Source of the DNA: Hypanus sabinus
Lineage: Eukaryota
Direction of reading: 5' to 3'
Assembly (NCBI RefSeq): GCF_030144855.1
Contig: NC_082731.1
Location: 32,054,001 to 32,118,000, forward strand
DNA: 64,000 nt
Every line of letters begins with the position of its first letter. Positions within the stretch are counted from its first letter, which is position 1. Positions 1-10,761 of the stretch are shown piece by piece. The position numbers were made by a program, and so were the translations under genes. The notes under the pieces were generated by a model that worked only from the letters and a program-made list of their open reading frames with translations, ran no database searches and had not been told where the DNA came from.

Positions 1-170
1 TAAGTGTTCTATCCCCCTCTCTCCCTGATAAGTGTTCTTTCCCCCTCTCTCACTGATAAGAGTGTTCTATCCCCCTCTCTCACTGATAAGAGTGTTCTAT
101 CCCCCTCTCTCACTGATAAGAGTGTTCTATCCCTCTCTCTCACTGATCAGAGTGTTCTATCCCACTCTCT
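1..170. repeat. 30-bp tandem repeat (AGTGTTCTATCCCCCTCTCTCACTGATAAG)n, about 6 copies, in METTL3 intron 2
   Basis: Unit repeats visibly with 30-nt period; explains the repetitive ORFs 4..315 and 32..367. Confidence 0.9.
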
Positions 171-173
171 CAC

Positions 174-304
174 CGACAACAAGGTGTTCTGGATGGCAAG
201 CGAGTCAGTGGGCAGAAGCAGAGCCTGGTTGGAGAGGTGCTCGAGCAGCCGCTTCTCGAGGAGGGGGTCGACCTTCTCGTCCTGGTCCAAGGCCACTCGG
301 TTTG
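174..304 (-). CDS. METTL3: METTL3 coding exon 2 (m6A methyltransferase catalytic subunit, N-terminal region)
   Basis: Encodes (A)NRVALDQDEKVDPLLEKRLLEHLSNQALLLPTDSLAIQNTLLS, matching METTL3 DPELEKKLLHHLSDLALTLPTDAVSI; acceptor cacccag at 307-305, donor GTGAGA at 173; phase 1 in and phase 0 out, compatible with exon 1. Confidence 0.9.
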
Positions 305-809
305 CTGGGTGGTAGAGCAGCGGGCAGGACTGGGCTGTCCCTACGGAGGCCTGCACCCACCCCCTGAACAGTCTCCATCTGGCCTGCGGAGGCAAAGGCA
401 AGCAGTGGATGAGTGGGGTGTGTATCTAGGTGACCCCACCCCCACCCAGGTCACTCCTGAGAGGGGCCACCATCTATGCCACCTCATCACGGTCCAACAG
501 GATGCAGACATGCCCTTTGGCCCAACCAATCCATGCCATCCAGTAACAAGAGCACACACGTATGTCTTAAGATCATTCTTCCCCTTCTTGTGAGCTGTCC
601 AGTCTGCCCCTGCAGACTCCCCCGTCCTCAGTCCCACCACTGTGGCCTCTGACACTCTGCACACCTGACTCCATAACCCAACACTGTCCTCGACCTCCCG
701 TGTTACCCACACACTCTGCCTCAGCCTGAGGGAACCGCTGTCTCTAACTGGGGCAAACTCCTGCTCGGTGTCACGGTCCAGCCGTCCACTCACACCTTTC
801 CACCGGCCA

Positions 810-1821
810 CAGAGAGCACGGATTCAGGCCCTTTGGCCCCTCTAGTCCATGCTGACCACAGGCCCGCCCGGCTAGTCTCAACGCTCTGCATTCAGCTCAT
901 CATCCCTGAAGCCCCATCTCTCCATGTCCCTGCCCAAGTGCTTCAAATGACATTGTTATCCCTGTCTGAATTCCTCCTCTGGCAGCGCTTTCCATAAACT
1001 CAAATGGAAATGTTGTCCCTCCCTCCCTAAATCTCTGCCTTCTAGATCTGGACTCCCCTGCCCTGAGGAAGTTACGGTTGCTGTCCATCTCATCATTTTA
1101 AACATTTCTCTATGGGTGTCCCCTGTTCTCCTACGTTCCACTGCATGAAGATCTTGCCTGGCCAACCTCTGGACCTGGTAACCTCCTCGTAAATCTTCTC
1201 TGCCCTCTTTCCAGGTCAGCCATGTTCTTCCAAAACTGTACACAGTACTGCAAGTGTGGCCTCGCCAGTGCCTTATAGCCATATAACAATTACAGCACAG
1301 AAACAGGCCACCTCGGCCCTTCTAGTCCATGCCGAACGCTTACTCTCACCTGGTCCCACCTACCCGCACTCAGCCCATAACCCTCCATTCCTTTCCTGTC
1401 CATATACCTATCTATTTCTTAAAAATGACAATATTGAACCTGCCTCTCCACTTCTACTGGAGGCACATTTCACACAGCTGCCACTCTCTGAGTAAAGAAG
1501 CCCCCCCTCGTGCTACCCCTAAACTTTTGCCCATTGACTCTCAACTCATGTCCTTGTTTGAATCTCCCCTACTCTCAATGGAAAAAGCCTATCCATGTCA
1601 ACTCCATCTATCCCCCTCATAATTTTAAATACCTCTATCAAGTCCCCCCTCAACCTTCTACGCTCCAAAGAATAAAGACCTAACTTGTTCAACCTTTCTC
1701 TGTAACTTAGGTGCTGAAACCCAGGTAACATTCTAGTAAATCTCCTCTGTACTCTCTCTATTTTGTTGACATCTTTCCTATAATTCAGTGACCAGAACTG
1801 TACACAATACAATGCCTTGTA
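810..1821 (-). mobile_element. CR1 LINE 3' fragments, interrupted by Tc1 at a TA
   Basis: ORF 1546..1824 YCVQFWSLNYRKDVNKIERVQRRFTRMLPG...SLERRRLRGDLIEVFKI is the CR1 ORF2 C-terminus; CR1-like sequence resumes after 10763. Confidence 0.85.
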
Positions 1822-2179
1822 CAAACCCTATTTCTAGAAAAGTTGGGATATTTTCCAAAATGCAATAAAAACAAAAATCTGTGATGTTAATTCACGTGAG
1901 CCTTTATTTAACTGACAAAAGTACAAAGAAAAGATTTTCAATAGTTTTACTGACCAACTTAGTTGTATTTTGTAAATATACACAAATTTAGAATTTGACA
2001 GCTGGAACACACTCAACGAAAGTTGGGAGAGAGTTAAAATCAGATTGAAAAATGCACAGAATATTCAAGTAACACCGGTTTGGAAGACTCCACATTAAGC
2101 AGGCTAAATGGCAGCAGGTGAGGTATCATGACTGGGTATAAAGTAGCGTCCATCAAAGGCTCAGTCTTTGCAAGCAAGG

Positions 2180-3202
2180 GTGGGTCGTGGCCCACCCCTT
2201 TGTGCCAAAATTCATGAGAGAATTGTTAGTCAGTTCAAAAGGAACATTTCCTAACGCAAGATTGCAGAGAATTTAGGTCTTTCAACATCTACAGTACATA
2301 ATATTGTCACAAGATTCCGAGAATTCAGAGATATCTCAGTGCGTAAAGGGCAAGGTCGAAAACCACTGTTGAATGTGTGTGATCTTCGAGCCCTCAGGCG
2401 GCACTGCCTAAGAAACCGTCATACTACTGTGACGATTATAGCCACCTGGGCTTGGGAGTACTTCAGAAAACCATTGTCACTTAACACAGTCTGTCGCTGC
2501 ATCCAGAAATGCAGCTTGAAACTGTATTACGCAAGGAGGAAGCCATACATCAACTCTATGCAGAAACACTGGCGAGTTCTCTGGGCCCGAGCTCATCTCA
2601 GATGGACTGAAAGACTGTGGAACCGTGTGCTGTGGTCAGATGAGTCCACATTTCAGCTAGTTTTCGGAAAGAACGGGCGTTGAGTTCTCTGTGCCAAAGA
2701 TGAAAACGACCATCCTGATTGTTATCAGTGAAAGGTGCAAAAGCCAGCATCTGTGATGGTATGGGGGTGCATCAGTGCCCACAGCATGGGTGAGTTGCAT
2801 GTATGTGAAGGTACCATTGACTCTGAGGCGTATATTAGGATTTTAGAGAGACATATGTTGCTATTAAGGCGACGTCTCTTCCCGGGACGTCCATGCTTAC
2901 TTCAGCAGGACAATGCCAGACCACATTCTGCACGGGCTACAACAGCGTGGCTTTGTAGACACAGAGTGCGTGTGCTTGACTGGCCTGCTGCCAGTCCAGA
3001 TCTATCTCCTATTGAAAATGTATGGCGCATCATGAAGAGGAGAATCAGACAACGGAGACCACAGACTATTGAGCAGCTGAAGTCTTATATCAAGCAAGAA
3101 TGGACAAAATTTCCAATTGCTAATCTACTACAATTAGTATCCTCAGTTCCAAAACGATTAAAAAGTGTTATTAAAAGGAAAGGTGACGTAACACAATGGT
3201 AA
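2180..3202 (+). pseudogene. Tc1 transposase pseudogene (DD34E)
   Basis: VLWSDESTFQL, VMVWGCIS, LLQQDNARPH, WPAASPDLSPIENVW motifs; start codon reads GTG and in-frame TGA stops near 2681 and 2730 break the ORF. Confidence 0.9.
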
Positions 3203-3997
3203 ACATGCCTCTGCCCCAACTTTTGTTGAGTGTGTTGCAGCCATCAAATTCTAAATTTGTGTATATTAACAAAATACAATTAAGTTGGTCCATAAAACTA
3301 TTGTGTAACCCCCTGGGTCGCCTCAGGCTCGCTTAGCTCGTTCTCGTCTAGGGGGAGCAGCCTTCGGCCCCGCCAAACTGGGTAATCAGCTGGTGTGGAT
3401 GCTGTGTGATGTCCCCCCCTCGCCCAGAAACAGACAGTACATCATATGCGATTAAATGAGTACAATTTATAAAGATTACTATAACTAAGTGATTAATAAC
3501 GATACAGTATATATGAAGGAAAAAAAATAAAGAAAAAGCGCCAAACTTATCAAAGTCCAAACCACTTTGTGCGCAACCGTTGGAGCTCAATTACTGAAGT
3601 CTTCTGGCCACCATTCGATCCCCTCCGAACTCCTCGACTCGCAGCTTAGGACCATCTGAGTGGTCAACCAAGCACATCTATCTTCGTCTTCTCTCCTCAG
3701 GGTACCTCCCGGCCTCGGACCCCCACTTGAGTTCGTTCCTCGCCCAGTTTACAGAATCACGTCCTCTCTCTCTCACCCCCTCGCGCTGATCTCTCCAAAA
3801 GCCCGCCAACAGTTTACAGACTCAGAAGAAAGAACAACTTTAATCCCAATTGGTTAACAAAGGAATACAATTCTCCTTATCAGTAAATTTTAACACAGCT
3901 TCCAGCACTCTCTCGCAACAAAGAAACATTCCTACTTTTAACAAAACAAAGAAGCCATTCTGAGTAACATACACAGTAACAATGAAAAAGAAGATAC

Positions 3998-5219
3998 TGT
4001 AGCGGTGTGCTACACGCAGCGCTAAAATTACGACACGGAGTCGGTAACTGCAGTCGAAGGAAAAAACTTCATTCGAAATCTTCAGCCTCACTTTTAAGCC
4101 TCCCTCAACCTGCCCCCCGTGGCGCAGAGGCTCCAAAGCTCTGTGCTCGCAAACCCCCGTAGGCTATCTAATTGTGAGTCGGTTCGGATGTGCCAGGAAA
4201 TGGGTCGCCACATAACCCCCCCCCAGAACCGGCGATACACCCCCCCAATGTCCACAGTCTGGGCCAGAACCTGCTTGGGAGGTCGGCCTCTGCGCCGAGG
4301 TGCCGGGAACTTGCAGGGCGGGCGACAACGGCGGGCTTCTGCGCCCCACCGCTGGTGGTAGAAGCACCAGTGTTTATTGGGCCGGGGGTTGGCGGGCTCT
4401 GCGGCCGGGCCTGGACTGGTTTGCTGCTGGGAGCGTGGCTGGGAGATCTGTGCGATGGACGCCCCGCTCACCTTTTTGGCTTTCCACAGCAAGTCCGCCC
4501 GGGCTGCCACCTTCCGGGGGTCACTGAAATCCGCGTCGGACAGCAGCAGGCATATGTCCTCGGGCAGCTGCTCCAGGAATGCCTGCTCAAACATGAGGCA
4601 GGGTGTGTGTCTGTCGGCGAGAGACAACATCTCATTCATTAAAGCCAATGGAGTTCTGTCTCCCAAGCCATCCAGGTGCAGTAAACGGGCAGCCCACTCG
4701 CGCCGTGAGAGTCCGAAAGTCCTGAGGAGCAGAGCTTTGAATTCCGTGTACTTGCCGTCTGCCGGGGGCGACTGTACGAACTCAGCGACCTGGGCCGCTG
4801 TGTCCTGGTCGAGGGAGCTCACCACGTAGTAGTAGCGGGTGTCTTCTGAGGTGATCTGGCGAACGTGGAATTGGGCTTCGGCTTGCTGGAACCATAGGTC
4901 CGGGCGCTGTGTCCAGAAACCCGGCAGTTTCAACGAAACCGCATGAACAGAGGCGGCGTCGATCATTTCTGGTCCAAAAATCGTTTGGACTGTCAGCGTC
5001 ACCAATTGTAGCGGTGTGCTACACGCAGCGCTAAAATTACGACACGGAGTCGGTAACTGCAGTCGAAGGAAAAAACTATTCGAAATCTTCAGCCTCACTT
5101 TTAAGCCTCCCTCAACCTGCCCCCCCGTGGCGCAGAGGCTCCAAAGCTCTGTACTCGCAAACCCCCGTAGGCTATCTAATTGTGAGTCGGTTCGGATGTG
5201 CCAGGAAATGGGTCGCCAC
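3998..5219 (-). mobile_element. Small gag-only LTR retroelement nested in the 3' LTR of the large Gypsy
   Basis: Near-identical ~215-bp LTRs (3998-4212, 5007-5219; TGTAGC...CCAC(A)); PBS TGGTGAC.. (tRNA-Trp-like) and poly-G PPT; single ORF 4094..5098 with KLPGFW..WFQQAEAQF gag motif and a C/H knuckle (WCFYHQRWGAEARRCRPPC). Confidence 0.88.
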
Positions 5220-5756
5220 CCCCTTTATACTCTCCCCTCATCAAACAAAAGTCATGTCCTCATGGCATGACCAGAGTTCCCCAAAGCTTCTTGCAACACA
5301 CGAAACCCAACCCAGGTGCAGAAAGCAGTGACATAACTACCCAGAGCAGTAGAAATCACACTCGGTTCTCCTGGTACCACATAGGTCAACCGCTCCGGGG
5401 GGGTGCCTACTCCTCTGAGGTCTCCATACCCCTTCTGCTGACCCTTCTGCCTCACTGGACTCCCTCTTCACCTGCGAACCCACTGCCTCGGACACCCCAG
5501 GTCTACCTGACAGACCCTCACCCCCTCCCTCACGGGGTTCCCCCCTCACCTGAGAACCCTCCGGCTCACGCTCGGGTTCCACTCTCTCTCCCCCCAATGC
5601 TGGCTGTCTCTCCATCTCACCCAACTCAGTATGGGAAGGGCTAGGAGCCTCCTCCTCTGGTACTGGAGCGCCAGCGAATGGGAACAGGGGCCACTCATCG
5701 GAGTCGTCATCTTCCGAATCGGTATCCATTCCCGGGTTAGGGACCCGCCCCGCTCT

Positions 5757-8700
5757 TCAGCAGCGGCTTGTACCTCGCTCCACGCCCTCGCGGAGTCCTT
5801 GTACTAGGCGCAACCTCCCACTCTGGCTCCTTGTCCACCCACACCACTTGACCTGGGGCAGCAGGTGATTCCGATGGAGTACCTTGACAGGCCCTTTCCC
5901 ATCCTCAGGTTTCACCCGGTAAACTGGTAGATTTGGCATCTGGCTCTCTATTACATAGGGGCTGGCCGCCCATCGATCTGCCAACTTGTGCTTACCAGGG
6001 AGTCCCAAATTCCGTAAAAGGACCCGGTCGCCCGGCAATAATTGGACAAACTTCACCTTTTGGTCATACCGCATCTTATTCCTCTGATTTTGTTTGGTAG
6101 CCGCCGCCTCGGCCAACTCGTACACCCGCTGTAACTCCCTCTTCACGTCCGACACATACTTTAGATAGGGCTTCCCGGGTAATTCACCCACCTCAGCCCC
6201 AAAACACAAGTCAATGGGCAACCTCGCTTCCCGCGCGAACATCAGATAATAGGGCGAGTACCTTGTAGCATCATTGCGAGTACAATTGTAACAGTGAACC
6301 AATTGTCCAATATGATGACTCCACTTACTTTTCTGCCCAAACTCCAGTGTCCCAAGCATATCCAACAGGGTCCTGTTGAACCTCTCAGGCTGAGGATCTC
6401 CCTGTGGGTGATAAGGGGTAGTCCTAGATTTCTCAACCCCAAGCATAGTCAGTAATTCATGGATAAGGCGGCTCTCAAAGTCCCGCCCCTGATCACTATG
6501 GATTCACCTGGGAAGGCCGTAATGAACAAAGTACTTCTCCCATAACACCTTCGCCACTGTCGTCGCCTTCTGATCCTTAGTGGGAAATGCCCGAGCATAG
6601 CGAGTGTAATGATTGGTGATGACTAAGACATTCGCGGTGTTGCTGGTGTTCAATCGACAGGAAATCCATACATACCAGGTCCAGAGGTCCCGCACTCTGC
6701 AAGAGCGACCGTGGAGCTGCCAACGCTGGCAGGGTCTTCCTCCAGATGCAACGACTGCAACCCCTACAGTATTCTTCAACCTCCCCCCTCATCCGGGGCC
6801 AGTAGAACCGGTCTTTGAGTAATCCATAGTCTTTTCCACCCCCAAGTGTCCAGAATCATCATGTAAGGCCTGGAGTACAGTTTGCCGATACTTCTCTGGC
6901 AGGACCAGTTGCCAACAGCGGGGTTGGTCCGGAGGTGCCATTACCCGGTACAAGATTTTGTTCTTTAACTTCATCCGAGACCACTCCTTCAACAACAGAG
7001 GCACGCATGGGTGTTTTGCCTTCTCAGCCAACGCCACATCCCCCTTCTCGACCGCTCTCTACACAGTGCCAAGACCCGGGTCATCATGCTGAGCAGCTGA
7101 CACTTCCCCTGGACTCAGTTCCGGCAACTGTTTAGTTCACAGCGCAGTCAGGTCACAGTAAGCTAGGGGTATGGCATCGTCAAAAACCCCCAAATGGTCC
7201 ACGGCTCGTTCCAGCCTCCCTCTTCCCTCGGCCTTCACGGTGATAGCAAACTGACACATCGCCTTCACTCCAGGGGCAGGGACATTCTCCCACTCCTCGT
7301 CCCTCTCCTCTTCCCCCAGCTCCCGACATGACAAAGCATCCGCATCGACATTCCTGCTTCCTGTGCGGTACCTCAGGCTGAAATCATATACCGACAAGGC
7401 CGCCAGCCACTGATGTCCTATGGCATCCAGCTTAGCCGAAGTCAGGATATAAGTGAGAGGATTGTTACCCGTTCTCACCTCAAACTTGGCTCCGTACAGG
7501 TAATCGCTCAGCTTGTCCACCACCGCCCACTTCAGCGCCAGGAACTCCAACTTGTGAGTGGGATAGTTTCTCTCCGATGGCGACAAGCTTCGGCTGACAA
7601 AGGCTACCGGTCTCAATGTTTTGCCATGCTCCTGGTACAGAACAGCCCCTAGACCCTCTCGGCTGGCATCCGTGTGCAGCACATAGGGCTTCTGGGGATC
7701 GGCAAAAGCCAACACCAGGGCCTGGGTCAGTGCCCTTTTCAAAGATCGGAACGCCTCTTCACATCGATCATCCCATCTCGAGCCAAAAGGTTCCGCCGGG
7801 TTCCAGTATCCTCCAACGTCTTATCTCCGGTCCCCCTTCCTTTTCTTCCCCACCGGGGGATAGCCACACAACAGCTGAGTCAACAGGTAACACATCTTGG
7901 CGTATCCTTTCACGAATCGGCGGTAATACCCACAGAACCCCAAAAATGAGCGCAGAGCGCCCACTTTCTGGGGTCTCGGCCAGGTGGTCACGGCCTCTAT
8001 CTTGGTTGGATCAGTAGCCACTCCCTCTTGCAAAATGATATGGCCAATGTAGTTAACCGCCAACTTGCAGAACTGGCATTTGTCCAGGGAAAGCTTCAGC
8101 CCTTCCTCCTTAAGCCGGCTTAACACCTTCAACAGCCTCTCCTCATGTTCCTCCAAAGTTGATCCAAACACTATCAAATCGTCCAGGTATACCAGCACCT
8201 CTAACAGATTCATATCCCCCACAGTTCTCTCCACGAGCCTCTGGAAGGTGGCTGGGGCCCCCGATATGCCTTGGGGCATTCGTTCGAACTGAAAGAACCC
8301 CAGCGGGCAGATAAAGGCTGTCTTCTCTTTATCGCCCGCACTCATCGGGATCTGGTAATACCCACTTCTTAAATCCAGCACACTGAACCACTTCGCTCCA
8401 CTCAGACAGGCCAACGCGTCCTTGACCCTCGGGACGGTATATTGATCAGGGACAGTTCGCCGATTCAACATCCTGTCGTCAACACACATGCTTCTTCCGT
8501 GCCACCACTATTGGGGACGCATAGGGAATTCGGGACTCAGCTATGGTTCCAGATTCCTTCAACTTGCACAAGTGTTGCCGCACATCCTCAACATCTGCCG
8601 GAGCCAGCCGCCGGGATCCCTCTAGGAACGGGGTGTCTTCCATCACCCGGATGGTGTGGTGAATGCTTTTGGAGCAGCCAACATCAAACTCAACCCGAGA

Positions 8701-9865
8701 AAAAACAGCTTCCATCTTCAGCATCTTCTCCACCAGCCTGCATTTCCACTCCGGCGACACAGGACCCCGAAGTTAAAGGCTTCAGCGGTCAGCTGCCTTC
8801 GATGCTCCAACCTCTCCCCGTTAGGGGTCCTCACTGGTGTGCTAGACATTATTGTCACCGGGAACAGATGTGCCAGCGGCATTCCCCTCTTAAAGGTGAT
8901 TTCTCTTGCCGTAGTGTTCAGGACACTTATAGCTACTGAGTGGCCACTGAGTTCAGTGGCCAGAGAGCCACTGAATATCTGACTCATCCTCACACTAGCC
9001 ATGACAGGTGCCTTCACTACCCCCCGGCGCCGCAACCCCGAGAGCATCCCCTCCATCCGAAATATGTACTCGGAGAGCTTTTCCTCTCTCCGTTGTTCCA
9101 GGCGTTGGAACTCTGCTAAAAGCAGCCAGGGTTCCCCTGACAACCCAAACGCTCCCTCCAAAGCCTCTGTGCATTCCTCCACTGAAGCCCCAGGCTTCTC
9201 AGCTTTCAACTCGCAGACTGTTCTGGCTGCTAAACCCCTCAAACTTCCCACCAATCGCTGCCTCTTCTCCTCCTCTGAGCCTGGCCACTCCTCTAACATC
9301 AAAGACGTATGCTCGATCCAGGTCTCATAGTCCAACTCCCCGTCCGCAATAGGCTTGGCTCCAGAGAACACCCCCAGCTTCAGCCATGGCCTCTCGGCCA
9401 CTCCCACCAGGGAGTTACATGCGGCTGCCAGCTCCGAGGCCTTTATCCTACCTGGGGTCGGGGCCTAGTCACGCCTCCCTCCTCCGACCTCCCTTTACTA
9501 GTGCCGGGCACCTCTCTGGGGGCCACCTCTAGCTCTAGCTCTAGCTACTCCTCCGGTGTCTCTTCATCCTCATCCCCGGAGAGGGTGTGGAGCCCCCACG
9601 GCCCCGCCTCCCCCGGTACACTGACCATCGCCGGCAGTTCCAACGTCCTGACGTCAGCACTCGTACGAACCAACACCCAGCTAGACTCTACCTCTTTACC
9701 ACACCGTCTAGCTACCAATTCCACCTGCCCCATACCCTTCACCAAACTTATCCCCCGCACTAGCGCGTCTCCCAAAACTCAAAAATCCACTCCGCTCACT
9801 TCACAGGCATACTGCACCGGTACGTCTTCCAACTCGCACCAGTTAACGAACTTATCCCTGTCCAT
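5757..9865 (-). pseudogene. Gypsy gag-pol remnants (gag 9865-8980, RT 8760-7821, RNaseH 7742-7137, integrase about 7040-5757)
   Basis: WLKLGVFSG..DYETWIEH (PNMA-type capsid), FSVLDLRSGYYQ and VYLDDLIVF (RT), LHTDASREGLGAVL (RNaseH), LHDDSGHLG/CRGC and TTPYHPQGDPQPERFNRTL (integrase); several frameshifts and stops, and gag is fused directly to post-protease sequence. Confidence 0.9.
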
Positions 9866-10761
9866 CTCCACTCTGCTGCCTGCGCGATTCCACGGCCCCT
9901 GACAATCCAATCTGGGACGAGCACCCCACAAATGGAACACTCACCCACCAGGCTGGTATATGTCTAGGAGAAAAGGAGATCCAGCCACTCACCAACCCCA
10001 CCTCCTGTACACGCAGGGGCTGTGGGAATCAAGGTTATGCTGCGCGTACACACACCATATCAAACTCACACCAAATAACGTTACGGAATACACTTTAAAG
10101 AGTCTACTAAAACTAAAAGAGTACTAGGCAATACAATAAATATGAAAGAAAAGAAAAAGCAAAAAGGCGCCAAATTTATCAAAGTCCAAACCACTTTGTG
10201 CACAACCGTTGGAGCTCAATTACTGAAGTCTTCTGGCCACCATTCGATCCCCTCTGAACTCCTCGACTCGCAGCTCAGGACCATCCGAAGTGGTCAACCA
10301 AGCACATCTATCTTCGTCTCCTCTCCTCAGGGTACCTCCTAGCCTCGGATCCCCACTTGAGGTCCGTTCCTCGCCCAGTTTACAGCATCGCGTCCTCTCT
10401 CTCTCACCCTCTTGCGCTGATCTCTCCAAAAGCTCGCCAACAATAGTTTACAGACTCAGAAGAAAGAACAACTTTAATCCCAATTGGTTAACAAAGAAAT
10501 ACAATTCTCCTTATCAGTAAATTTTAACACAGCTTCCAGCACTCTCTCGCAACAAAGAAACATTCCTACTTTTAACAAAACAAAGAAGCCATTCTGAGTA
10601 ACATACACAGTAACAATGAAAAAGATACCCCCTTTACAATTGAAAATCTTCTCTTTGTACTTTTGTCAGTTAAATAAAGGTTCACGTGAATTAACATATC
10701 ACAGATTGTTGTTTTTATTGCATTTTGGAAAATATCCCAACTTTTCTGGAAATGGGGTTTG

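Larger units (their letters stand above)
3304..10638 (-). mobile_element. Ty3/Gypsy LTR retrotransposon with PNMA-like gag, defective
   Basis: Ends TGTAAC...TTTACA flanked by 4-bp TSD ATTG (3300-3303, 10639-10642); LTR homology about 3518-3997 vs 10140-10625; tRNA-Pro-like PBS (rc of TGGGGTGCTCGTCC) about 9910-9928; PPT rc CTCTCCCCTC about 5230; gag, RT, RNaseH, integrase on the minus strand. Confidence 0.93.
1822..10761 (+). mobile_element. Tc1-family DNA transposon with long TIRs, interrupted by a Gypsy insertion in its right TIR
   Basis: TA|CAAACCC(T)ATTTCTAGAAAAGTTGGGATATTTTCC at 1820 and its inverse ...TTTTCTGGAAATGGGGTTTG|TA at 10761; TA target duplication; the right IR is split into about 3205-3303 and 10643-10761. 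Confidence 0.92.

Noticed and set aside
341-796. ORF 341..793(-) as an extra METTL3 exon
   Set aside because: No similarity to METTL3, and exon 1 (phase 1) already joins exon 2 in frame with the expected phases
8718-9407. PNMA-like ORF as a domesticated PNMA gene
   Set aside because: It lies inside a Gypsy element with LTRs, TSD and a broken pol; gag itself is interrupted
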